Positions 42,301-49,543 of a stretch of 64,000 bases of DNA are shown here, one piece after another (position 1 is the first letter of the stretch; each line of letters begins with the position of its first letter). The stretch comes from Candidatus Latescibacterota bacterium. Lineage in GTDB: Bacteria; Latescibacterota; UBA2968; UBA8231. The notes beneath the pieces were generated by a model. That model was not told the DNA's origin, did not search any database, and worked only from the letters and a program-made list of their open reading frames with translations. Both the position numbers and the translations under genes were made by a program. The DNA lies in the NCBI GenBank assembly GCA_963422735.1, contig OY730476.1, positions 1,216,001 to 1,280,000 on the forward strand. The letters run 5' to 3'.

Positions 42301-42623
42301 TCTGAGCGCAAAAACTGCGAGCGCTGCAATTTTTCGAGACCTAGCTTGTTGTAGGTATTGCCTAGCTGGTAGGTAGCACCCACGCGCACCGGCAGAATGA
42401 ACTCGTCAACCGCTACGGTTACATCCTCCACGTTGATCATGGAGTTGCTCTCGGTGGAGAGAATGACCTCATAGCGCTCAATGGCTTTGTCGTAGGCCCC
42501 CAACGCATAGAGCTTCTGACCTTCCTCAAAGCGGTCTTGCAATTCCACCGGCGAGAAGAAGCGCGTGCTCAGGCTGGCGGCCACGCCGACCGCTGCGACC
42601 AGTAGCAGGTTTACCAGAATCAT
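39351..42623 (-). CDS. Large periplasmic TPR protein (BamD/CpoB-type repeats)
   Basis: 1090 aa with a hydrophobic N-terminus. Repeated 'A...Y..L...YP.S...A' motifs. Confidence 0.88.
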   Translation of the reverse strand: MILVNLLLVAAVGVAASLSTRFFSPVELQDRFEEGQKLYALGAYDKAIERYEVILSTESNSMINVEDVTVAVDEFILPVRVGATYQLGNTYNKLGLEKLQRSQFLRSEKKEAEADARYEEALQDLNKSRDHFRSLAVDEHVDDRTRVMAQYQMIQTSYQLKDYDQVIEEGDALLHSFPHSLYEASVHYDRAWSYFELERYEEAIAGFKQVLILAPRGSNADRSLFQIAESYDKLGQYEDALNFLDRLIARYDFAQMTEEEIIEMTTLKLKGLVKETARELVAKAHLKKGDIYARNGKVEKALAAYAVLPAEYAAEPVLVQNSYIRTAELVQKEQGTTAAIAAYKDAIEKVEDKLFQARTQLTVALMLFDQDEYLKSAQEYEIYINAYGDVAQRIGFNRYKVLFRIAQCHQEYGRQIRSEDPARADAEIAEALKGYDQLLSQHEDNSLIADVLFNAGFANQLLEKNEAAQPLYQRLVDEYPAHPAAPNGLLQLARIAYAASDLKRAEAIYTSFLDRFSDSELRNTTRMELGLTYKHLQDPESAIAAYETVEEGWDKWPTMQVELAELYMGKQEYKKAHKALSRALDRADDDTLRGQMHYTMARVHFAEDNFADAIDSWGQAIALSPPTHILQNSLLARGGAYYEVAKQQDAVGDTAQARISYEASLEDMKALLESDPAPQIKDSAFRTLGAGMIRLGRQEEAARYYQELIAASADPQEQATFSMLLTELYYDQQDFVQAEKFARRLLDMQFADDAQAGYYRKERAYSIIGNALLQQKKYEEAARIFAQGLKRYPNSGESGNLAFSKGFAEISYGDYATAAESFRAFVKKYPRNANRIHGQYYLAHSLQALTQFKEAAAAFAVLVERYLQSQYEEEALFLIGENYYNEQAFAEAATAYQALLAKYPQGRYGGSAQYALAWSFVEQEEMEQAVGAMQNLVANYPQSEFAPKAQFTIGDYYYNIQFYDEAMAAYKRVLKLYPDSEEASRATALVEELSEIQASFSYNEAMKLFEAKDYDQAVPALQEIIREYPGTYTELAAYCNLGLVYEIMRQWSQAVENYQVVEEKGGDKAENADVVSFAKLHRAWIVENRL

Positions 42624-42640
42624 GATGTCAATCTCCTAGC

Positions 42641-45559
42641 CTAGAACCCGGCCACAATATCAAAGAAAAGGCGCGAGTTGTCGAAGCTATCGGAAGCGCG
42701 AGTGGCATCGTCGTACTCCCGGCTAGTTCTGATAAAGCCGAACTGGGAGGCGAGGTTGTAGCCGTAGTGATCCGAGCGGTTGCTCATCATCAGTACCAGC
42801 GTCCACTCCTTAAAATCGTTGCGCTGGTCCACCCGGTCCAAGCTCGTGTGCTGCCAGAAAGGGAAGCCCTGAAATCCGAGTTGCAGATTGGACTTGGTCG
42901 TCAGGTCGAAACGGGTCCTGATGATCGGTGCGTAAATCGAGAAAGAGCGAATGCTGCCGTCGCCAGTGGCGTCTTCGAGTACACTCGAATGCTCGCGCAA
43001 CAACAGGTGCTTGAACATCGGGCGGATGTTCAGGTTGCCGGCGTTGATCGTATAGTCGAGCCGGTTGACCATCGCAAAGGTCGAGAGCACACCGGCTTCC
43101 TGTTGGGTACCGTCGTCGAACTCGTCCTCGGCTTGGCTGTTGCGGATCCACTGGACGCTGTTGATGACGTTGAGATTGGAAAACTGCTTAAAGGCCGAGC
43201 TGATGAACAAGGTATTGACCAAGCTATTGCGCATGTTCAGCGGATCGACATCCGGCGGGAAAATCTGGGAATTGAGATCCCGCGCCTCAATCATCGGACC
43301 TTTCAAGTGTGGGACGGGGCTGGGTATTCGCTGGGCAAACCCCACATCTTCCCAGACGTACACATCGTCGCGAATATCGTCTTTGACCTGCTTGATGTCC
43401 TCGTTGATGCGAATTTTTCCCAGATAGGGCGAGATAAAGTTGTGCTCGTAGCGAGCGTAGATGGCCTTGGCCTCGCCGCCGCCGACCGGCTCCTTTATGG
43501 TGTAATAGCCTACAGAGGTCCATTTGCCCCAGCCCCCCAAGCCCTTCTTGGTGGCCACCAAGTGGCCCCCCCGGCGGTCCCGTGGGTAGGGATAGTCGGG
43601 CAGCGCGTCGTTTTCGCGGTAATCGACTATGCCGTTGTTGTTGAAGTCGATGCCGTAGATGAAATCCGGTGGATCGGCGTCGTAAAAGAGGATCGGCTCA
43701 GTCCAGTCGGGAATGCCGTTGAAATTCTGGTCGCTGTCCGGGATTAGGTCATTGTTTTCGTCTAGTCCGGGGAAAATGCCCGAATCCGACTTCTCCGCAC
43801 TAGGCAACTCGTTGAGCATCTCGTCTGGCCACTGGTCGTTGTCGTCATTATCGGTCATGACGGACATTTCCTGCATCTGGGGACACACGAAGCAATTGTC
43901 GCTAAAGAAGGCTACGCCGCCGCGGTCGCTGTCGTAGTTGCCGCTGTAATCCGGGTCTAGGTTGAAAATTTCGCCACCGATCTCGATCGGGCCTACTTCC
44001 TTTTGGGCCGTGAGGAAATAGCCGAGGGCCCGCTTGTCAAAACGCTTGCCGGCATTGCTGCCCACTGGGAAGAGGAAGTACTGGGGATTGGCAACCAACT
44101 CGCCCTTTACTTTTAGCCCTTTGAGGCTTAAGTCCCAGTCCAACCCGTAGAGTGCCTGACCGGTGGGGATGCCGTAGTCGAACTCGACCACCTTGCGGCC
44201 CGAGTCGCTGCCATCGGAGCGCAGGACGGTATAGCCCACCCGGGTCGGATTGAGCAGATCCCACTTGTATTGCAAAAACGGCGAAGCCTGGGTAGTGCCC
44301 GGTTCTGGCACCACCGGCCACTGATTGAAGGAGTCGGGATTTTCTGCTAGCACATCTTCGAGCGGTTTGACCGCGTCGTCGCCTTTCAGCCCGGTAAAAG
44401 GATTGACGTACTTGCTGCCGCCTGGAGCGTACGCGTCGTCCCCATCGGCCACTTTGTCCACGTTTTTTTGGTGGACTCGCTGTTCGAAGAACAAGTGCTG
44501 TTGGCGCACCAAAATGCGATAGTCGCCCTCGACATCGGCCAAGAAGCGCACGGACTTCATCGTCAGCCCCGGAACAAGTTCGTTGGGATCTGCCGAGTAC
44601 GCCGCGTCATCCGGGAGGTTGAATCGCGGCATTTGGAAGCGGAAGACCACCTGGTCGCCGCCGGCTATCGTCAGCCCGCTCTCGGCCCCGCCAACCGGAT
44701 CAACCATCTTCAGGCTCGAGTCGTACTCGGAATCTCCTTCAATGCTGGTCAGGCGCACCCGCTGTCCCTGTGACTCGCCAATGATCACCACATCTACGTC
44801 ATAGACGGTGGCCACCCGGCCTATCTCGTCGGGCGAATCGTCTTCGATAATGACTTCAATAAAAGAGGGCGGCAGCATGCTGTAGGGAGTATCGCCCTTG
44901 AGAAAGGAGCCGTTCTCGTCGGCGGTATTGGCCATGTGCTGATTGAAGTACGTGGCACCCATGCGCAGCACGTTGCCCAGCTTAGTCTCCCAGTGGCCGC
45001 CAAAGATCAACACCGGCGAGGTCTCCCTAGTCGCTTTGAAAGTCGAAAACTTGGCGGCGTTCAACAGGTCGCCGCCTTGGCTCAGCATCAAGGTGAACTT
45101 GTTGTCCGAGGAAGCACCGTCGAGCAAAATGCCAAAGAAGCGCGGGTCGCTAAAGGTCAGATCCGAAAACTTGGCGCGGATGTCCTCGCCCAAGGTCACT
45201 CGGTAGTTCCAGCCCTTGTAGGAGTCGTTGAGCATCACCAAGTTGGCGAACCACCCCAAGTACTGGGCCGTTCGGGTGTTGATATTACTTTCCCCAGGAC
45301 GGGAAAATTCCCAAGTGAAGACATTGAACCCGCGCGACAAGTAATTGCCTAAGCGGTCGTAGCGATTGCGTGCGTTGATCACCGAAGGATAGGGATCGTA
45401 CTCCTTGCGCCCATAGTTCAAATAAGGTTCGGGATGGCCGAGGTTGAGGAAATCCCGGTTGCGCAGAAAGGTCTGCGCTTCGGCTTCGGCGCCCAGCATT
45501 CCCAACCCAACAAACGCTAGTAGCGCGGTCCTCACCAGGCTTTTTCTCGCATTACTCAT
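42641..45559 (-). CDS. Uncharacterised ~970-aa secreted protein, probable outer-membrane beta-barrel with Asp-rich Ca-binding-like loops (paralog 1)
   Basis: Signal peptide ending 'AEAEAQ'. C-terminal 'LFFDIVAGF' resembles a beta-signal. Loops 'DNDDNDQWPDE', 'GLDENND' and 'GIDFNNNG'. Confidence 0.75.
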   Translation of the reverse strand: MSNARKSLVRTALLAFVGLGMLGAEAEAQTFLRNRDFLNLGHPEPYLNYGRKEYDPYPSVINARNRYDRLGNYLSRGFNVFTWEFSRPGESNINTRTAQYLGWFANLVMLNDSYKGWNYRVTLGEDIRAKFSDLTFSDPRFFGILLDGASSDNKFTLMLSQGGDLLNAAKFSTFKATRETSPVLIFGGHWETKLGNVLRMGATYFNQHMANTADENGSFLKGDTPYSMLPPSFIEVIIEDDSPDEIGRVATVYDVDVVIIGESQGQRVRLTSIEGDSEYDSSLKMVDPVGGAESGLTIAGGDQVVFRFQMPRFNLPDDAAYSADPNELVPGLTMKSVRFLADVEGDYRILVRQQHLFFEQRVHQKNVDKVADGDDAYAPGGSKYVNPFTGLKGDDAVKPLEDVLAENPDSFNQWPVVPEPGTTQASPFLQYKWDLLNPTRVGYTVLRSDGSDSGRKVVEFDYGIPTGQALYGLDWDLSLKGLKVKGELVANPQYFLFPVGSNAGKRFDKRALGYFLTAQKEVGPIEIGGEIFNLDPDYSGNYDSDRGGVAFFSDNCFVCPQMQEMSVMTDNDDNDQWPDEMLNELPSAEKSDSGIFPGLDENNDLIPDSDQNFNGIPDWTEPILFYDADPPDFIYGIDFNNNGIVDYRENDALPDYPYPRDRRGGHLVATKKGLGGWGKWTSVGYYTIKEPVGGGEAKAIYARYEHNFISPYLGKIRINEDIKQVKDDIRDDVYVWEDVGFAQRIPSPVPHLKGPMIEARDLNSQIFPPDVDPLNMRNSLVNTLFISSAFKQFSNLNVINSVQWIRNSQAEDEFDDGTQQEAGVLSTFAMVNRLDYTINAGNLNIRPMFKHLLLREHSSVLEDATGDGSIRSFSIYAPIIRTRFDLTTKSNLQLGFQGFPFWQHTSLDRVDQRNDFKEWTLVLMMSNRSDHYGYNLASQFGFIRTSREYDDATRASDSFDNSRLFFDIVAGF

Positions 45560-45610
45560 GGCAGCTATCCTCATTCAGTATAGAGATTTCGTCTTCAGTC
45601 GCATTCCAAC

Positions 45611-46471
45611 TCAGCGCTGGCGATAACCAACGCTGAACCGATGTACACCTCCATAGCCGGACAGGTGCAGCGGATAGGAATAAGCATAATCGAAATGCCA
45701 TTGCTTATAGTTGTGGCCAAGGCCCACGTTGAGCTCTCTGTCATCAAAACCCGAACCAACCGCCGCCCCTCCCATGCGGAACCGGGCTCGGTTGAGGCTC
45801 ACTGTCCGCGTCTCGAACCCCACCCTGAACTCAGTTTGTCCATCGCGGCGCTCAATGTCGAACAGGACTTCCCGCCCCGCCAAGTTGAGCAAGGCCGCTG
45901 CGACCAAGGCCGGCTTTTCTTCGCCTGCGGCTTGGCCACCTGCTGCGATATTGGCACCGTTTAAGCCTTTGGCGACCAAACCCAAGCGCAGGTACGCTCG
46001 CGGGTGTATGAAGCCCACTTCCCAAGTCGCCCCTACATCCAAGTGCCAAGCCCGGTGCGACAGATCGCCAGCCTTCCAAGCGCTGGTGCGCAAGCCGCCG
46101 CCTAAGGCAAAGCGCTCGTGCAACGGCCGCCCATAGCCCAAGGCAATCACTTCTTCGCGCCAGCCATCGGCACCGAGAAACGATAGGCCCATTTGCAAAC
46201 CGCCGCCTCGCAAGGGGCCGGTTACCGACAAACCGCTTAGGGCTGGACTTTGGTCCAACCCGGGATAGAGCAACGCGTGCGTCGTTCCAGCCTGCCATTT
46301 TTGCTGCTGGGCGTTGCCGGCCGGATTGTACCAAACGGCCTCAGCCGTTTGAATGCTGGCGGCGAAAGCCCCGCCCAATGCCGTGCTCTGGGCCCCCCGT
46401 GCCGCAAATTCAAAAGCGGCTCCGACCGGGGGCACAAAAGCCAGCAATAGGACGCTAGTACGCCACCACAA
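45611..46471 (-). CDS. PorV/PorP(SprF)-like small outer-membrane beta-barrel
   Basis: Signal peptide, then 'GAQSTALGGAF...AVWYNPAG' (a FadL/PorV-type N-terminus). C-terminal 'FDYAYSYP...GGVHRFSVGYR'. Confidence 0.72.
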   Translation of the reverse strand: MWWRTSVLLLAFVPPVGAAFEFAARGAQSTALGGAFAASIQTAEAVWYNPAGNAQQQKWQAGTTHALLYPGLDQSPALSGLSVTGPLRGGGLQMGLSFLGADGWREEVIALGYGRPLHERFALGGGLRTSAWKAGDLSHRAWHLDVGATWEVGFIHPRAYLRLGLVAKGLNGANIAAGGQAAGEEKPALVAAALLNLAGREVLFDIERRDGQTEFRVGFETRTVSLNRARFRMGGAAVGSGFDDRELNVGLGHNYKQWHFDYAYSYPLHLSGYGGVHRFSVGYRQR

Positions 46472-48113
46472 AAGTGCCTCGGCGCGCCTTGCCGCTTTCT
46501 TCTATTCTAACCTCGTACAGATAGAGCCCCGGCTCGACAACGCGACCGCTCCCATCGCGACCGTCCCACTCAAACTGATAGGTCCGGGCACTTCCGGTCT
46601 GCGCCAACTGGCGAATCGGCCGACCGGTCAAGTTGTAAATTTTTAGCACGACTTCCCGGCCCTCTTCGATGTTGCCGACGACGAAGACAAAGCGCGCATA
46701 CTCGTCCGCAAACGGAGAGAACGGGCGCGGCTGCACCTGCACCTCGCCCAAAAGCTGCAACGGCGTTCCCCCAGCCAGTACCGTCCAAGTGGCACCCGGC
46801 ATTTCCCGCCCCTGCTGCCAGTTGACGTAGCCGTCTCTGTCGCCTTGGGCCTTGTTGCCGGCTTCGAAGCGCATGGCGGTCTTGTCGCGCACAAAGAGCG
46901 CCTGTCCCTCAATTTCGACGGTCGCCATCGCGTTGATTTGCTCGCTAGGTACAAGCTCTATCAGCATCCCCTCCCGATCCGGCGTCGGACCCCAAGTATA
47001 GCCTTCTGTGGACACGAGTTCTCGACCATCGACGCGCACGGCTGTTACGCTGAGCAAGGGGCCTTGTACGCGCAAGAGATCGACCCCGTAGTCATCGACG
47101 CCAGCCGCGATTTCCACTCGGTAGATCAACGTTGCTTCCTCGCCCTTGCGCAGCGAATCGGATGCGACCACCTCCGCCATGAGCTGTTGGGCGACCAAGA
47201 CTGGATCGTAGTCAATGGCGATGCGCTCGAGCGCCGGGCTGACAAAGGGGGCCGAGTTCGTCAGGCGGGCCCGGTACGCCAACCGCGCGACCGGCTCGTC
47301 CCCGCTGTAGAAAAATTCCCCGTCCGTGTGTGCCGCCAAGCTTCCCCAAGGCACTTCTGCTCCCTCTGCGGCGGTTCCACGCACCTGCAATTCAATGCCC
47401 GTGCGCTCCGTGCGCTCTACTTGCCAGCGTATCTGCCCCACGTTGACCGGGGTAGGCGGGGCGAAGCTATCCTCTATGAAGCCTTCGCTAACGTAGCCCG
47501 CGCCGAACACCTCGATTTCCCCGATGGCGACCCAGTTGCTGCGGTCTTGGCGGATCAGCGTCAGCCGCACGAAGCGACCCTCTCGCGGGATCGCCTCACC
47601 GCGCTCGTCGGTTATGGCCCAAGTAGAATCTGCACTCGTATCTACGTTGAGGACGAAATTGTCCGGCTGTTCCGCCAACAGGTGCCAGACTTGCGGCGCT
47701 GCTTGGGTGGCTGTTTCAAGCCTGTACCCACGCACGAAATACTCGGGCTGGCTCAGCGCTGTCTCGCCGGCTAGCACCCGCACCCGCTTGATCGCCCGGT
47801 CCAGCCCGAGATCGACGGTAAACTGCTTGTCGAACACGTGATTGGTCCCCGAAATCCACTCGCTCCGCACGAGATCAATCGCGCCGTCGGTTAGGGGCAC
47901 AGGCTTGTCGAAATCGTCTATCACCGATCGTCCTAAGGCCACGTTTACATCCTCGTCCAACTGTGCCAGAATGACGAGGCTATCTGGATGCACCCGTACT
48001 CCTCGGGTCGTTCCCAAGGCAAATGTTTCGACCGCGTCCACTACCCAAGTCTTTAACTCAGCACGGCACGGACTGAATTCAAGCAAGAGCAAAAGTGCGC
48101 CCAGCCTCAGCAC
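46455..48113 (-). CDS. Secreted protein with a discoidin-like domain and a C-terminal FlgD-Ig/T9SS-CTD-like domain
   Basis: 'FTVDLG...GRFVRLTL...IGEIEVFG'. C-terminal 'PRPFSP...LKIYNLTGRPIRQL...WDGRDGSGRVVEPGLYLY...GTFVVAY'. Confidence 0.78.
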   Translation of the reverse strand: MLRLGALLLLLEFSPCRAELKTWVVDAVETFALGTTRGVRVHPDSLVILAQLDEDVNVALGRSVIDDFDKPVPLTDGAIDLVRSEWISGTNHVFDKQFTVDLGLDRAIKRVRVLAGETALSQPEYFVRGYRLETATQAAPQVWHLLAEQPDNFVLNVDTSADSTWAITDERGEAIPREGRFVRLTLIRQDRSNWVAIGEIEVFGAGYVSEGFIEDSFAPPTPVNVGQIRWQVERTERTGIELQVRGTAAEGAEVPWGSLAAHTDGEFFYSGDEPVARLAYRARLTNSAPFVSPALERIAIDYDPVLVAQQLMAEVVASDSLRKGEEATLIYRVEIAAGVDDYGVDLLRVQGPLLSVTAVRVDGRELVSTEGYTWGPTPDREGMLIELVPSEQINAMATVEIEGQALFVRDKTAMRFEAGNKAQGDRDGYVNWQQGREMPGATWTVLAGGTPLQLLGEVQVQPRPFSPFADEYARFVFVVGNIEEGREVVLKIYNLTGRPIRQLAQTGSARTYQFEWDGRDGSGRVVEPGLYLYEVRIEESGKARRGTFVVAY

Positions 48114-48114
48114 T

Positions 48115-48771
48115 TCAGAATAGCAGTTTCTGCGTCAGGCTGGTCACCACGGCAATGGCGAGAGCCTCCTCCAACTCCCTAGAGTTGAAGGTCATGACAA
48201 TGCCGGCATCCACTGGGCTTTTCTTGCTCACTTTGCCGGTTTTGAGATCCTTAACTGACACCTCGACCTGCACTCGTTGCGTTTGCGGGGAGAATACTTT
48301 GCGCACTCGCTGACTGGAAAGCAGAGCCGTACCGCTAATTTCCAAGTCGGCCTCGTCCGAGTCCGCTGACACCACCGCGAAGGGATTGTTCACTTGCCGC
48401 ACGCTGTCTTCGTCTAGCACCTCGACCCGATCCGTCTGCGTGAAAATCCGCACCTTGTCCCTGCGGAGTTCGCGCAACAAGGCCCCAGACAAATCCTCAA
48501 TGCGCGAAGGCCGAGTAATCTGCACCAAGCGATTTCCAGAGGTGGCGAGGGCATTAGTAACGTACTGGGTTCCTTGGCCACTAGCCGAATTGGCGGTCCT
48601 CGGATCGACCACGTTAGCCTTGCTCTCGACCGGGAATTCCTTGACGTATATTTTGACTGGCATCGACGGCGGGTTGGGCAAACTAGTGTCCTTGAGTGCC
48701 TCGTATCTCAAAGTACAGGCCATCGCGCCGCCTAGTAGCATCATCCCGAGGTATTTGACCATCTTTTTCAT
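48115..48771 (-). CDS. Uncharacterised lipoprotein
   Basis: Lipobox in 'MKKMVKYLGMMLLGGAMAC'. TAATG overlap with the upstream gene. Confidence 0.8.
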   Translation of the reverse strand: MKKMVKYLGMMLLGGAMACTLRYEALKDTSLPNPPSMPVKIYVKEFPVESKANVVDPRTANSASGQGTQYVTNALATSGNRLVQITRPSRIEDLSGALLRELRRDKVRIFTQTDRVEVLDEDSVRQVNNPFAVVSADSDEADLEISGTALLSSQRVRKVFSPQTQRVQVEVSVKDLKTGKVSKKSPVDAGIVMTFNSRELEEALAIAVVTSLTQKLLF

Positions 48772-49538
48772 TACTTATTCTCCACCCAACGCACTCCGTG
48801 ATCGACATTGAAGTCGAATTTCAAGTCGGTAAACTCCACCGGATTGCCGTATCCTACTTGAAACCGATCAAAGGCCAGAATGAAGTCGTTTACTTCGAGG
48901 GTGAATGACTTAGTCTCTACGGGCAGCGGTGGAAAGGTCAGCTTGCCGGCGTATCTGGAGCCTTTGCGTACGGGCTTTTCCCGGTGGTACTCGCTCTTCT
49001 CCCAAATCGGGTTGCGGTCCAAGCTGGCGTGATAGCGCACATTGCCTTCTTGCCCCCCCCACTTCAAATAGGAATAGTCGAAGAACTCGTCTTTGTCGTA
49101 CCAATTTCCCGTCCCTTGGCGGCAGAGCAATCGGCTGCCGTCGTCCAAGCGGATAATGGCCTGCGTGGGATCCAACTCCACCCGCTCTCGAGTGCGGTTG
49201 ATCACCGTCACTTCAAAAACGGTCCATAAGGGCGGCGTATAGTCCAAGCCGGGAATTTCGACTCCCGTGAGCGTATAGGGCGTGAAGCGGGGGTCGTATT
49301 CGGCGTCGAGCATGGCATCGTCGTAGAACTTGACCTTGACTTGCACCCCTTGCTCGCTCCACACGACCGAGCTATCGATCGGATCGATGTAATAGGTCTC
49401 CCCATCGGGCAGTTCCGGCTCCAACTCGATAACGTACTCCCGCTGCACATGCGATTCGAGGGATTTGAGAGTAGCGCACCCCCCGGCGGCCAACGCCAAG
49501 CACAGGAGGACGTGAATGTATTTTGCGATTGGTCTCAT
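48771..49538 (-). CDS. Uncharacterised lipoprotein, paralog of 36982-37734
   Basis: Lipobox 'AAGGC'. Motif 'YTPPLWTVFEVTVINRT...LDP'. Confidence 0.8.
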   Translation of the reverse strand: MRPIAKYIHVLLCLALAAGGCATLKSLESHVQREYVIELEPELPDGETYYIDPIDSSVVWSEQGVQVKVKFYDDAMLDAEYDPRFTPYTLTGVEIPGLDYTPPLWTVFEVTVINRTRERVELDPTQAIIRLDDGSRLLCRQGTGNWYDKDEFFDYSYLKWGGQEGNVRYHASLDRNPIWEKSEYHREKPVRKGSRYAGKLTFPPLPVETKSFTLEVNDFILAFDRFQVGYGNPVEFTDLKFDFNVDHGVRWVENK

Positions 49539-49543
49539 AGGCC

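Noticed and set aside
37766-42623. Calling exbB/exbD/TPR a Tol-Pal or flagellar mot locus
   Set aside because: No TolA, TolB or Pal, no OmpA-type MotB domain and no flagellar genes are present. The FlgD-like and FlgT-like domains here sit in non-flagellar proteins.
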